A stretch of DNA of 64,000 nucleotides, taken from positions 9,935 to 73,934 of the forward strand of contig JBDGUI010000014.1 in the NCBI GenBank assembly GCA_042216015.1. The letters are read 5' to 3'. The stretch is from Halodesulfurarchaeum sp. (GTDB taxonomy: Archaea > Halobacteriota > Halobacteria > Halobacteriales > Halobacteriaceae). The notes beneath the pieces were generated by a model. That model was not told where the DNA came from and searched no databases. It was given only the letters and a program-made list of their open reading frames with translations. Of the stretch, positions 20,049 to 30,396 are shown in pieces. A program made the translations under genes and the position numbers. Within the stretch, counting starts at the first letter, position 1; every line of letters starts with the position of its first letter.

Positions 20049-20299
20049 TGGCCGACACCTCCTGGGTCGCGGGTGAGCATGACCGCAAAGGCGATCAGGA
20101 TCAGGACGCCGCCGACGTACACGAGTACCTGCACGGCCGCGAGGAACGCGGCCTCGAGCAGGAGGAAGTGCACGGCGACGCTGAGCAGCGCTGCACCGAG
20201 GAAGAGTGCGGAGTGCCACACGTCCTCGACCAGCACGACACCCAGGCTACTGGCGAGGGTCACGAGCGCGAAGAGGCCAAAGGCGAGGGTCTCGATCAT
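20045..20299 (-). CDS. nuoJ1: NADH-quinone oxidoreductase-like subunit J1
   Basis: AAVQVLVYVGGVLILIAFAVML. Confidence 0.88.
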   Translation of the reverse strand: MIETLAFGLFALVTLASSLGVVLVEDVWHSALFLGAALLSVAVHFLLLEAAFLAAVQVLVYVGGVLILIAFAVMLTRDPGGVGQ

Positions 20300-20321
20300 T
20301 GGAACCACCTCCGATAGTCGC

Positions 20322-20783
20322 TCATTGGTAATCCACCTCGCCGTCACCGTCACCGACCCACGCTTCGCGGTCGGGTTCCCGTGCCTGAACCGGGTCCATG
20401 CCCTTGTACCACGGGACGTTTTTCAGCTGTTCCTTGTTGAACGCCAGATCGTGCTTGGTGTCACCCGTGAACTCGAAGTTCTCGGTGAGAAGGATCGCTT
20501 CGGTGGGGCAGACCTCCTCGCAGAGCCGACAGTAGATACACTGACCCACGTGGAGGTTGTACTGCTCGCCGTTTCGGTCCTCGTCCATGACGATCTGAAT
20601 GGTGTCGTTTGGACACACCGTCTCACACTGGCGACACCAGATGCACCGCTCCTGGCTCCACTTGTGGACGCCCCGGAACCGGGGACTGACCTCGGGAGCC
20701 TGGTCGGGATACTCGACGGTGAACGTCTCGCCGTCGAGTGCGTGCTTCATCGTCGTCGCGAGGGATTTGAGTACGCCTATCAT
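20322..20783 (-). CDS. nuoI: NADH-quinone oxidoreductase-like subunit I
   Basis: Two CxxCxxCxxxCP 4Fe-4S motifs. Confidence 0.93.
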   Translation of the reverse strand: MIGVLKSLATTMKHALDGETFTVEYPDQAPEVSPRFRGVHKWSQERCIWCRQCETVCPNDTIQIVMDEDRNGEQYNLHVGQCIYCRLCEEVCPTEAILLTENFEFTGDTKHDLAFNKEQLKNVPWYKGMDPVQAREPDREAWVGDGDGEVDYQ

Positions 20784-21844
20784 ACGATCACCCCGATGAT
20801 GACGGCCGTCAACAGCAAGTTCACGAAGGAGAGCCCCAACATCCCCTTCCAGCCGATGTCGAGCAGCTGGTCGGGCCGGACCCGCGGGACGCCAGAGCGA
20901 GCCCACTGGGTGAAGAAGAACACCCCCCAGACCTTCGCGACGAACCACACGATGCCCGGGATGAAGTCGAGGGCCGAGATTGGGGCGGTCGGTCCGCCCA
21001 GGAACAGGGTCGTGATGATGGCCCCGCCCAGGAAGATGTGGAGAAACTCACCGAGATAGAACAGCACGAAATACACCGAGGAGTACTCCGTCTGATACCC
21101 GGCGACGAGGTCGTTCGGCGCCTCCGGGAGGTCGAACGGGTTCCGTCCGATCTCGGCCATGTTCGCGACCATGAAGAGCGCGAACGCGAACGGGTTGACG
21201 AACCCGAACCACGAGGGCACGACCAGGCCACCGATCGAGAAGAGTTCGACCGACTGCGCCGAGACGATTTCGGAGATGCGAAGGGAACCCGCAAAGAGCA
21301 CCACAGAGGCGCCGGTCAGCACGAGCGGAATCTCGTAGGCGATGTTCTGGGAAACGCCTCGCAATCCACCAAGCATGGAGTACTTGTTGTTCGAGGCATA
21401 GGCCCCGGAAACGATACCCAGCGACGCGATCGAGGAGACCGCGAACAGATAGACGAAGCCGACCTGTGGGTCGGCAAGGTGAATGCCACTTCCGAAGGGG
21501 ATCACGGCAAAGCCCATCGTCGCCGAGACGACGACCAGCATCGGCCCGAGGTCCCAGGCCGGGCGGTCGACGTTCTCCGGGACGATGCGCTCCTTGGTCA
21601 ACAGACGGATGGCGTCGACGGCGATCGTAAGGATGCCGTACGGTCCGACCCGGTCGACGGCGATGCGGTCGGTGAACGCAGCCGTCAGCTTCCGCTTCAT
21701 GTACGGGCCGGCAAGCGCCGCGAAGAGGAGCACGATGACTGCGACGAGCAGCGAGCCGAGGAGCCCGCCAACGATCTGGCCGAGCAGCCCCTCGAGGTTG
21801 AGGAACGTCGAGATGCCATCCACCATCGGTGCGGCGGAGGGCAT
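20780..21844 (-). CDS. nuoH: NADH-quinone oxidoreductase-like subunit H
   Basis: GPYG, SNNKYSMLGGLR, RNPFDLPEA, GYQTEYS. Confidence 0.94.
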   Translation of the reverse strand: MPSAAPMVDGISTFLNLEGLLGQIVGGLLGSLLVAVIVLLFAALAGPYMKRKLTAAFTDRIAVDRVGPYGILTIAVDAIRLLTKERIVPENVDRPAWDLGPMLVVVSATMGFAVIPFGSGIHLADPQVGFVYLFAVSSIASLGIVSGAYASNNKYSMLGGLRGVSQNIAYEIPLVLTGASVVLFAGSLRISEIVSAQSVELFSIGGLVVPSWFGFVNPFAFALFMVANMAEIGRNPFDLPEAPNDLVAGYQTEYSSVYFVLFYLGEFLHIFLGGAIITTLFLGGPTAPISALDFIPGIVWFVAKVWGVFFFTQWARSGVPRVRPDQLLDIGWKGMLGLSFVNLLLTAVIIGVIV

Positions 21845-23541
21845 TATCGATCCACCTCCGCCAGCACGATGTCGAGACTGCCGATGGTCGCGACGAGGTC
21901 ACTGATGAGCTCGCCCTCGGACATCTCGTGAAGCGCCGAGAGGTTGACGAAACTCGGCCCGCGAATCTTGAACCGGGCGGGTTTGTCCGTTCCGTCCGTG
22001 CGGATGTAAATCCCGAGTTCGCCCTTCGCTCCCTCGACCGCCCGATAGATTTCCTGGCCTGGGTCCGGCTTGAGACTTCGCGGGACGTTGGCCTGAATCT
22101 CACGCTCGTCTTCGGGCCAGTCCTCGAGGAGATCCACGCACTGCTCGATGATCTTCGCTGCTTCCTCCACCTCTCGCATGCGGACCATGAGTCGGGCGTA
22201 GTTGTCACCGCCCTCGAGGGTGACCACGTCCCAGTCGAGTTGGTCGTAAATCCCGTAGGGATCGTCCCGACGGAGGTCGTAATCGACGCCTGAAGCCCGC
22301 GCAATCGGGCCAGTCGCGCCGTAATCCTTCGCGACCTCCGGGGCCAAGTAGCCCGTGTCGACCGTCCGCATCTGGAAGAGTTCGTTCTGTGTGAGGACGT
22401 TGTGATACTCGTCGGTCTTCTCCGGAACGGACTCGAGGAACTGCCGGATCTTCTCGAGGAACTCCTCCCGGGGTTCGGGCAGGTCCCAGACGACCCCGCC
22501 CAGCCTGAGGTAGTTGTACATCATCCGCTGCCCGGTGAGGTCCTCGAGAATGTCCATCACGATGTCGCGGTCCCTCATCGCGTACATGAACACGGCCGCG
22601 AAGTCACCGACGATGTCGAGGCCGAAGGTCGCGACCGCGAGCAGGTGGGCCGAGATGCGATTGAGTTCCGCGACCATCGTCCGGATGACCTGGGCGTACT
22701 CGGGAACCTCGATGTCCGCGAGGTCCTCGGCCGCACGCGCGTAGGCCCATTCGTTGATGGTTCCAGCCGGGGTGTAGTCCCAGCGGTCCGGATACGGCAT
22801 GATCTGGTGGCGGTACGTGCTCTTCTCGCACATCTGCTCCTGACATCGGTGCAGATACCCGATGTCAGGGTCGACATCTGCCACCTGCTCGCCGTCGAGG
22901 ACCGTCTTCAGATGGAGGACCCCGTGTGTCGCCGGGTGGTGCGGGCCGATGTTGAGGAACATGGTGTCGAGGTCCTCGCCCGTCGGCTCGACCGCCATGT
23001 CTTCCTCGATTGGGTTCCTGTGTTTCTCGAGCGTGACGATCTGGGGTTTGTCCTGGTCGTAGTCCTTGCTCAACGGGTGTCCCGTCCAGCTCTGTGGCAG
23101 GAGGATCCGTCGGAGGTCCGGGTGACCCTCGTAGTTGACCCCGACGAGGTCGTAGGCCTCCCGTTCGTGCCAGTTCGCCGTCGAGAACACGTCAGTCGCG
23201 CTCTCGTGACTCGGATCGTCCCGAGGCGTTGGGACCACGACTCCCACTTCCGCCTGTGCATCCTCGTATTTGCGGAGGTGGTAGATGGACTCGTAGCGGT
23301 CCTCGTAATCCTGGGCGGTGACGCTTGCCAGGTGGTCGAAGCCCTGGTCCTTCAGCGTCGACAGGGCGTCCGTGACGGCGTCGCCACGGACAACGAAGGC
23401 CTCAGCGTTGAGATGGCTCTCGCGGTCGACGACTGCGTCACCGAGCAGGGATTCGAGTGCGTCGTAGTCGACGGCTCCTGCCGCTGGGGTTTCCACCGCA
23501 GATTCGCGTTCGTCCGTCTCGGGTTCGTCTTGCATGCTCAT
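21844..23541 (-). CDS. nuoCD: Fused NADH-quinone oxidoreductase-like subunit C/D
   Basis: WHEREAYDLVG...GHPDLRRILL (C part); NIGPHHPATHGVL and GYLHR (D part). Confidence 0.94.
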   Translation of the reverse strand: MSMQDEPETDERESAVETPAAGAVDYDALESLLGDAVVDRESHLNAEAFVVRGDAVTDALSTLKDQGFDHLASVTAQDYEDRYESIYHLRKYEDAQAEVGVVVPTPRDDPSHESATDVFSTANWHEREAYDLVGVNYEGHPDLRRILLPQSWTGHPLSKDYDQDKPQIVTLEKHRNPIEEDMAVEPTGEDLDTMFLNIGPHHPATHGVLHLKTVLDGEQVADVDPDIGYLHRCQEQMCEKSTYRHQIMPYPDRWDYTPAGTINEWAYARAAEDLADIEVPEYAQVIRTMVAELNRISAHLLAVATFGLDIVGDFAAVFMYAMRDRDIVMDILEDLTGQRMMYNYLRLGGVVWDLPEPREEFLEKIRQFLESVPEKTDEYHNVLTQNELFQMRTVDTGYLAPEVAKDYGATGPIARASGVDYDLRRDDPYGIYDQLDWDVVTLEGGDNYARLMVRMREVEEAAKIIEQCVDLLEDWPEDEREIQANVPRSLKPDPGQEIYRAVEGAKGELGIYIRTDGTDKPARFKIRGPSFVNLSALHEMSEGELISDLVATIGSLDIVLAEVDR

Positions 23542-24245
23542 GGCGAATCAGCCCAGTTGTACCGCATGACGAGGGTCTCCTCGTCGATATCCTCGGCGAG
23601 TGACTCCACGACCTCGTCGCGTTCGAGGTCGCCGAACTCCTCCAGTTCGTAGGGCTTCACCGTCACCGGCGAGGATTCGCCGTTCGCGATGCGCTCCTGG
23701 AGTTTCACGATTCCATAGACCAGCGCCTCGGGTCGGGGTGGGCATCCGGGGACGTGAATGTCCACGGGGATGACCTCTTCGGCCCCCTTCACGACGTTGT
23801 AGCCCTCCTGGAACGGGCCACCAGATGCCGAACAGTTGCCCATGTTCACGACGAACTTGGGTTCGGGCATCTGGTCGTAGACCCGCTTCATCCGCGGGGC
23901 GAACTTCGAGACGATCGTCCCCGGGACGATCATCACGTCGGCCTGCCGCGGCGACGCCCGCGGCACGCCGGCGTGGAAGCGGTCGAGGTCGTGTTTCACC
24001 GAGTAGGTGTGCATCATCTCGATGCTGCAGCAGGCGATCCCGAACTGCAGCATGAACATCGAGGAGCCCCGCGCCCAGTTCATGAACTTATCGAGCTTCG
24101 TGAGGATGAAGGGCGTCGACCCGAGTGCCTCGCGAAGCCTGGAGTTGAAACGGTCGTCCACAGCCTCCCCGATCCGCGAATCCCGAGTGTCCGTGGACGG
24201 AGCGGTCGGCTCGAGAATGTCCTCACGTGGTCGATCGCTACTCAT
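23538..24245 (-). CDS. nuoB: NADH-quinone oxidoreductase-like subunit B
   Basis: ACCSIEM, SPRQAD, VPGCPPRPE. Confidence 0.95.
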   Translation of the reverse strand: MSSDRPREDILEPTAPSTDTRDSRIGEAVDDRFNSRLREALGSTPFILTKLDKFMNWARGSSMFMLQFGIACCSIEMMHTYSVKHDLDRFHAGVPRASPRQADVMIVPGTIVSKFAPRMKRVYDQMPEPKFVVNMGNCSASGGPFQEGYNVVKGAEEVIPVDIHVPGCPPRPEALVYGIVKLQERIANGESSPVTVKPYELEEFGDLERDEVVESLAEDIDEETLVMRYNWADSP

Positions 24246-24645
24246 GTCTCGACATCCTCCGTTCGTACTTCGGGTTCCGCACCCAGCCGAGTGCGCCGTT
24301 TCTCCACGCCCAGGCGAGGGCCACGAGCAGAATACCGATGAACAGGACCATCGGTCCGAGTGCCCATACCAGCCCCTCCGTGCCGACGACATCCCGGTAG
24401 ATGGAAGCCCACGGGAATATCAACACGGTCTCGATGTCGAAGACGAGGAACAACAGCGCGACCATGTAGTACTGGATGTTGAACCGAACGTGAGTATTGC
24501 CGGTCGGTACCTCCCCACTTTCGTAGGTCGTCCGTTTGCTTTGTTCCGGCACGCTGGGCCGCAGTAGCATCGAGATGCCCATCATTGCCGCGATGATGAG
24601 AATCGCGACAACGGCCAACATACCGACAGCGATCCATGGGTTCAT
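24238..24645 (-). CDS. nuoA: NADH-quinone oxidoreductase-like subunit A
   Basis: YESGE, YYMVALLFLVFDIE. Confidence 0.93.
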   Translation of the reverse strand: MNPWIAVGMLAVVAILIIAAMMGISMLLRPSVPEQSKRTTYESGEVPTGNTHVRFNIQYYMVALLFLVFDIETVLIFPWASIYRDVVGTEGLVWALGPMVLFIGILLVALAWAWRNGALGWVRNPKYERRMSRHE

Positions 24646-25002
24646 AAGTGGATTCGTAACACTCGGGGCTTCGATTTGCCCCACCATAAACGTTGATTCT
24701 TGCGATAGTTCGCGTGAGACCCGTATTCTTGGGTGAATCAGCGATTACCACACGCCGGAGATTCACACACAATTGTAAAGTGCTACCAATCAACAATATC
24801 CCCCGAATCTGCCGTTATAGAAGCGCAGAAATGGGAAAACCGCCATAGCGAAATGGGTGCTCGGGACGATCCACTCGGTCCACTCTACCGGCCGAAATGA
24901 GAACACGAGTAGAGGGGACTACCCCAGCCAATCTACTGCCGGCTCGTGGATTCTTCACGTCCCTCCCTGTAACATCCCCGTTTCTTTCCGCCGCGTACTG
25001 GC

Positions 25003-25029
25003 TTCACACGTTCTCGCGGAACGTGAGAA
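25003..25029. promoter_or_regulatory. Operator-like inverted repeat upstream of the radical SAM gene
   Basis: TTCACACGTTC-N5-GAACGTGAGAA (11-bp arms, 1 mismatch) about 40 nt before the ATG. Confidence 0.4.
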
Positions 25030-25069
25030 AAACCATCAATGCCTTTGTACTCGAATGGGGAGGTCCAAT

Positions 25070-26875
25070 ATGGGTTTGAAGCCGTCCGGTTTCGACGGCG
25101 TGACCGATTTCTTTAGTTCCGATCCGGACGTGACCTTCTTCCACCCGCCCAGCATCTACGATTTCCGGGACCGAACGGAGGTCATCGGACCGATCAGCGA
25201 CGTCATCCCATCCTCGCCGGTCTTCGAAATGTACCCGATCGGGTTGACGTCGATCGCGGACACGCTCGAACGAAACGGGTACAACGCCCAGATCGTCAAC
25301 CTCGCCCACGAGATGCTGGTGGATCCGGAGTTCGACGCTGAGGCCGAAATCGCCAGATCGAACGCCTGGGCATTCGGGGTTGATCTCCACTGGTTGCCCC
25401 ACGCTCACGGCGCCATCGAAATCGCTCGCCTGATCAAACGCCATCACCCGGAGGCGCCGGTCTTCTTCGGCGGACTCAGTTCGACGTACTTCCACGAGGA
25501 CCTGATCCAGTACGACGCGGTGGATTACGTCGTTCGGGGCGATTCGACCGAGAAACCGGTCGCGGACCTGATCGAGGTCCTGGAGAGGGACGGCGACCTC
25601 TCGACGGTGCCGAATTTGACGTACGTGGAGGATGGCGAAACGGTCGTCAACACGCTCTCCAACCTTCCGGATGCCCTGGACGACGCTTCCATTCCCTCCT
25701 ACACTTACGCGGTCAAGTCGGTGTTCAAGTACGGGAGCATCCGAAAGGTGATTCCACACAAAGGCTGGCTGGACAAACCGATCACGATGCTCCTGACGTC
25801 CCGAGGGTGTCGACACGCCTGTTCCTTTTGCGGCGGCAGTGATTCCAACGCGGCCGTCCATGGCCGACAGGGACCCGCCTTTCGGTCACCGGTGAAGTTG
25901 ATCGAGGACATCAGGGCGATCCGCACCTTCTCGGAAGGCCCGATTTTCGTCGTCCACGACCTTCGCCAGGGCGGGTGGGACTACGCCAGGGACTTTTTCG
26001 ACCGGTTGGCTGCAGAGGACGTTCCAAACGAATTCATCTTCGAACTGTTCGGTCCGGCGAGCGAGGAGTACTTCGAAATGATCGACAACGCCGTCTCGAG
26101 GTACAACCTGGAGTTGAGTCCCGAGTCCCACAACCCCGAGGTCAGAGAGAAGATGGGCAAATTTGCCGTGTCGAACGAGGCCATCGAGAAGACGATGCGC
26201 GCGGCCCTGGACAACGGCTGCCAGAACATCGATCTCTTCTACATGGTCGGCCTCCCGGGACAGACCTACGAGGACGCCGTTGGAACCGTCGAATACGCCA
26301 GACACCTCCTCGAAGATATCGACGACGACCGCATCATCCCCTTTGTCGCCCCGTATGCTCCCTTCCTCGATCCGGGAAGCCCCGCCTTCGAGAACCCGGC
26401 AGAGTACGGCTTCACACTTCACGCCGAGGGGCTCGAGGAGCACCGCCAGCTTCTCCTCGAACCGAGCTGGAAGCGAATGTTGAGTTACGAGACCGACCAC
26501 CTCTCGCGGGACGATATCGCCGAGGCCACCTACGAGGCCGCCCGGGGGATGAGCGAGTTGAAGTACGAACACGGGCTGCTCGACGAGGCAACCTACCGAA
26601 CGATGATCGACCGACTTGACACCTCACAGGAGCTCCTCGAGCGGGTGGACGAGGTCTATGAGACGACCGAAGAAGCCGAGCGGGAGCGGGCACTCGAGGC
26701 CCTCTTCGAGGAGTACAGCGAATTCGACGATTTCGGGGAGAACAGTATCGCCGGCGAAGACGAGCTCTGGTGGCCGAGCGATGGGTTCCGTGGCGGTCTG
26801 GCTCTGGCCCGACTCGGTGCGAAACTCCTGCTCGAGGACGTCAAACGGCGCTATACGACACGCCGATCGGCCTGA
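25070..26875 (+). CDS. B12-binding domain/radical SAM protein (resembles the TIGR04190/Ta0216 family)
   Basis: N-terminal HPPSIYDFR...GPISDVIPSSPVFEMYPIG, DLHWLPHAHG cobalamin-domain segment, CRHACSFC radical SAM motif, FLDPGS; SD-like GGAGGT. Confidence 0.8.
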   Translation: MGLKPSGFDGVTDFFSSDPDVTFFHPPSIYDFRDRTEVIGPISDVIPSSPVFEMYPIGLTSIADTLERNGYNAQIVNLAHEMLVDPEFDAEAEIARSNAWAFGVDLHWLPHAHGAIEIARLIKRHHPEAPVFFGGLSSTYFHEDLIQYDAVDYVVRGDSTEKPVADLIEVLERDGDLSTVPNLTYVEDGETVVNTLSNLPDALDDASIPSYTYAVKSVFKYGSIRKVIPHKGWLDKPITMLLTSRGCRHACSFCGGSDSNAAVHGRQGPAFRSPVKLIEDIRAIRTFSEGPIFVVHDLRQGGWDYARDFFDRLAAEDVPNEFIFELFGPASEEYFEMIDNAVSRYNLELSPESHNPEVREKMGKFAVSNEAIEKTMRAALDNGCQNIDLFYMVGLPGQTYEDAVGTVEYARHLLEDIDDDRIIPFVAPYAPFLDPGSPAFENPAEYGFTLHAEGLEEHRQLLLEPSWKRMLSYETDHLSRDDIAEATYEAARGMSELKYEHGLLDEATYRTMIDRLDTSQELLERVDEVYETTEEAERERALEALFEEYSEFDDFGENSIAGEDELWWPSDGFRGGLALARLGAKLLLEDVKRRYTTRRSA

Positions 26876-26919
26876 CCCGCAGTTGTTACCGGCGGGGCAG
26901 AATGTCCGTCGTTGCCTGG

Positions 26920-27531
26920 TCAGTTCGAATCCCTGAACGCCTGAGTCCCCCGCTCGTGAAGCGAGCGCGAGACGGCTGCCACCTCCCTGGCCTGGTCCTC
27001 GTGCCGTTCGACGAGGCGGTCCCGGAGGGTATCGTCGGTCCTCGCGAGAATCTGGACAGCAGAGAGTGCCGCATTGGACGATTTGCCCGCATCGACGGCC
27101 GTGATCGGGGCCCCGGTTGGCATCCCGATCACCGAATCGACTGACTTCTCCCGGACAGGAATCCCGATCACCGGGACCGGATACGCGATGGAGGCCGTCA
27201 TGTTCGGCAGATCGGCGGATTTCCCGCCGGCTCCGGCCAGGATGACGTCGAGACCGCGTGCCTCTGCGGTCTCCCCGTACGCGTACATGAGGTCCGGCGT
27301 GCGGTGGGCCGAGACCACCCAGGACTCGTAGGTGTATTCCGCCGCTGGAGGGTCGTCGTACTCGGTGAGTTCCTCGAATCCGAGCGCTTCCAGGGTCTTC
27401 GAGGCTCCGGCCATGACGTCCAGATCCGAATCGCTTCCCATAATGATTCCCACGTCCGGTCGATCCGCGGCCGGTCGATCGAGTGCTGCCTCCCGCTCGA
27501 ACAACTCGCGGAGTTCGGCGACGCTCGTCAT
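26920..27531 (-). CDS. purE: N5-carboxyaminoimidazole ribonucleotide mutase
   Basis: IIMGSDSD, VSAHRTP. Confidence 0.93.
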   Translation of the reverse strand: MTSVAELRELFEREAALDRPAADRPDVGIIMGSDSDLDVMAGASKTLEALGFEELTEYDDPPAAEYTYESWVVSAHRTPDLMYAYGETAEARGLDVILAGAGGKSADLPNMTASIAYPVPVIGIPVREKSVDSVIGMPTGAPITAVDAGKSSNAALSAVQILARTDDTLRDRLVERHEDQAREVAAVSRSLHERGTQAFRDSN

Positions 27532-27534
27532 GAC

Positions 27535-28689
27535 TCAGTCATCCCCGCCCGCGAACCTGAGTGTTTCCCTCGCCTTCCGTGCCTGGCGGCGGTTCGACGC
27601 CAGATCGGGGCCCGTAACGGTCACGTGACCGAGTTTTCGAAGCGGGCGGACCTCTCGCTTGCCGTACCAGTGAAGATGTGCACCCTCAAGGTCCAGCATC
27701 GACTCTACGCCGGACATCGAGACCGGGCGTGACTTCTGCCCGTCCCCGAGAACGTTGGCCATCGCCGTCGGTTCACGGAGTTCGGTCGAGCCGAGAGGCA
27801 GTCCGAGCACTGCCCTTACGTGTTGTTCGAACTGCGAGGTCACGGTTCCCTCGATCGTGTAATGGCCCGAGTTGTGAGGTCTCGGCGCGATTTCGTTGAC
27901 GAGGATCGTTCCATCCGTGGCCTCGAAGAGTTCGATGCCGAAGACCCCGCGCCCCTCGAGGGTCGAGAGCACCGAGCGGGCGATGTCGGTCGCTCGGTCG
28001 ATTCGGTCCTGGTCGGTGCGGGCCGGAACCAGCGTCTCCCGCAGTATCTCCGCCTCGTGAACGTTCTCGCCGACGGGATACGTTCGCCGTTCGTTCACAC
28101 CCCGGACACCGATGGCGCTGAGTTCCCGCTCGAAGTCGACCAGTTCCTCGGCGATCAGCCCCGAGAGCGATCCGAAATACGCGGTGGCCTCCTCGACGGA
28201 TTCGACCACAGCATTTCCACGGCCGTCGTATCCGCCGCGACGGGCCTTGAGCATCAGCGGCGATCCCAGCTCGTCGAGGGCAACACGCAAATCCGATTCG
28301 TCTCCGACACCCGCGTAAGCCGGAATCGGAATGTCGGCCGCGTCGAGGGTCTCCTTTTCCACGAGTTTGTCCCGGGTCATCCGAAGGTCGTCCGGAGCCG
28401 GCTGAACGGGCGTCCCCGTCGCCTCGGTGACCGATTCCAGCGCATCCGGATCGGCGAGTTCGATTTCGAGGGTGAGAACGTCGACGCGCTCGGCGAGCGA
28501 TTTGACCGCCGCGAGATCGTCGAAATCGGCGACGAGCTGATCGCGCGCCGGGGGGTAGGCCGGACAATCCGGCGTGGGGTCGAGGACCACCGTCCCGACG
28601 CCGAGTGGACTGGCGGCCTCACCCAGCATCCGGCCGAGTTGGCCCCCACCCACAATTCCGAGGGTGATGTCAGGTGGCACGTGGTTCAT
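27535..28689 (-). CDS. purK: N5-carboxyaminoimidazole ribonucleotide synthase
   Basis: GGGQLGRM, GYDGRG, NEIAPRPHNSGH, RKLGHV. Confidence 0.95.
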   Translation of the reverse strand: MNHVPPDITLGIVGGGQLGRMLGEAASPLGVGTVVLDPTPDCPAYPPARDQLVADFDDLAAVKSLAERVDVLTLEIELADPDALESVTEATGTPVQPAPDDLRMTRDKLVEKETLDAADIPIPAYAGVGDESDLRVALDELGSPLMLKARRGGYDGRGNAVVESVEEATAYFGSLSGLIAEELVDFERELSAIGVRGVNERRTYPVGENVHEAEILRETLVPARTDQDRIDRATDIARSVLSTLEGRGVFGIELFEATDGTILVNEIAPRPHNSGHYTIEGTVTSQFEQHVRAVLGLPLGSTELREPTAMANVLGDGQKSRPVSMSGVESMLDLEGAHLHWYGKREVRPLRKLGHVTVTGPDLASNRRQARKARETLRFAGGDD

Positions 28690-28746
28690 TTGCGCGGCAG
28701 TTATCGACGGGGATGGATAAACGTTGTCGAGCCACCGGGAAGGTAT

Positions 28747-30396
28747 TCACGATCGTGGATCGGTCTCGTTCTCGATGAAGAAGACCGTCTCGGTCCCCGG
28801 GGCCGTGAGTTCGTAGGTTAAGGCCTCGTATCCCGGGAATCGATTCGCGAGCTCGCTGTAGTGCTCGACCCGGGCGATCACGACCGGCGGCCTGCCGGTG
28901 ATTCCCCCCGGAGTCGTGGCACTGGCCGTCCTCGCGTCGGCCCGTTCGAGATACCAGGAGAGTGGAAGGCGATTGAGCCAGTTCGAACTCGCCGGTGGCC
29001 GATCGGCGACGGATTCCTCGGGAACAGCGAAGTGATCGCCGTAAAAGACGACGTCGGTTCCCTCGTTCGTCCCGGCGACCGATTCGATCTCCTGGAGGGT
29101 CTCCTGAAGGTGTCCCGCCGGCTGGCCGTACTGGACGAGCGGATTGTCCTCGGACTGTGGCGACTGGAAGGAGGTCGCTGCGACCGTGACACCCACCTGG
29201 GCCGTGACGGCTAGAATTGCGAGCGTCGCGATGGCAACGCCCACGCGGTCCTCGTGTTCCCACGCTCGATAGCCCCGTTCGAGGACGATTCGGAACCCGA
29301 CCGCGGCGGGAATCGAGAGCGGAACGAGCGCGTGGACGAGCGACCAGGGGGCCGAGATGTCCGTGATCGCCGGGTAGATGAGAAACACCGTCGCCCCCCA
29401 GTAGAAACTGAACGAGACGAGATCGCGGGGAGAGTCCCCCGTGTACCGGTCCACCAGAAACCCGAAGACGGCAAATCCGACGAGCGGGAGACTGACGAAC
29501 GCCGTCGTTTCCAACGCATCGGTCAGATACGCGATGTAACTGTGTTCGTGACCACCCTGGATCCAGAGATCGATCAATTTCTCCGCACTCCCGATCGTGG
29601 CCGCCTCGAGCACCGACGGAATTCGAGACGGATCGGTCAGCGCCCGATAGAGATCCGGTCGGGGTGCGTAGAGAGCCACGAGGATCGCGAGAAATTCGAT
29701 GACGGCCACGAGGAGTGCTCGTCTGTGGGCGTTGAGCCCCCGATACGTGCTTGTGACCGCACTGCGGAGCCGGTTCTTCCACGACTCTCCCATCTCGCGG
29801 GCGACGAAGAGACGGTGATCGAGCAACAGCAGGAGTGCGCCGCCCCAGATTGCCACGTACACGAGTGCGATCTCCTTGGTCCCGAAAGCCAGCCCGAGTG
29901 CCAGAACCGCACCGTAGAGGTAGCGCTGTCGTCTCGACTCGAGCATCCTGACCGCAAATCCCAGAACGAGAAGGGCGAACGCTGCCACGGGCACGTCGTT
30001 CCGCATGAACCGCGAGTAATAGACCAACACCGGATCGACGGCCAGTACGACTCCGACGAGGACGACCTCGAGATCCCGGAGTCTCGAGCGGAAGAGCCAG
30101 GCGGTTAGGGGAAGCAAGCCACCAACGACCGCGACGAGCGATCTGGCGAGCGCGTCACTGGCTCCGAACGTATCGAAGAGAAATCTGTTCACGTGGAAGA
30201 GTAGCGGCCCGTGAACGATGGGCCGATACTCCCAGACGCCGGTTTCGAGATAGCGAAGCGTCCAGTAGCCCACCCGGGCCTCGTCCCAGTGGAAGACCCG
30301 CCAGCCGAGTGCGGCAAATCGAAGAATCAGCGCGAGGAGGGCGACAACGCCGAGGGCCACGAGCACGGTGCGGCGATCGAATCGACGCCGGGACAT
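28747..30396 (-). CDS. agl23: Flippase activity-associated membrane protein (Agl23/TIGR03663-like, GT-C fold)
   Basis: FHWDEARVGYW, YRPIVHGP, YYSRFMRND, GTKE, YGQPA; many TM segments. Confidence 0.75.
   Translation of the reverse strand: MSRRRFDRRTVLVALGVVALLALILRFAALGWRVFHWDEARVGYWTLRYLETGVWEYRPIVHGPLLFHVNRFLFDTFGASDALARSLVAVVGGLLPLTAWLFRSRLRDLEVVLVGVVLAVDPVLVYYSRFMRNDVPVAAFALLVLGFAVRMLESRRQRYLYGAVLALGLAFGTKEIALVYVAIWGGALLLLLDHRLFVAREMGESWKNRLRSAVTSTYRGLNAHRRALLVAVIEFLAILVALYAPRPDLYRALTDPSRIPSVLEAATIGSAEKLIDLWIQGGHEHSYIAYLTDALETTAFVSLPLVGFAVFGFLVDRYTGDSPRDLVSFSFYWGATVFLIYPAITDISAPWSLVHALVPLSIPAAVGFRIVLERGYRAWEHEDRVGVAIATLAILAVTAQVGVTVAATSFQSPQSEDNPLVQYGQPAGHLQETLQEIESVAGTNEGTDVVFYGDHFAVPEESVADRPPASSNWLNRLPLSWYLERADARTASATTPGGITGRPPVVIARVEHYSELANRFPGYEALTYELTAPGTETVFFIENETDPRS

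Noticed and set aside
24646..25069. Cobalamin riboswitch upstream of the B12 radical SAM gene
   Set aside because: No recognisable B12-box consensus by eye; an Rfam scan would be needed
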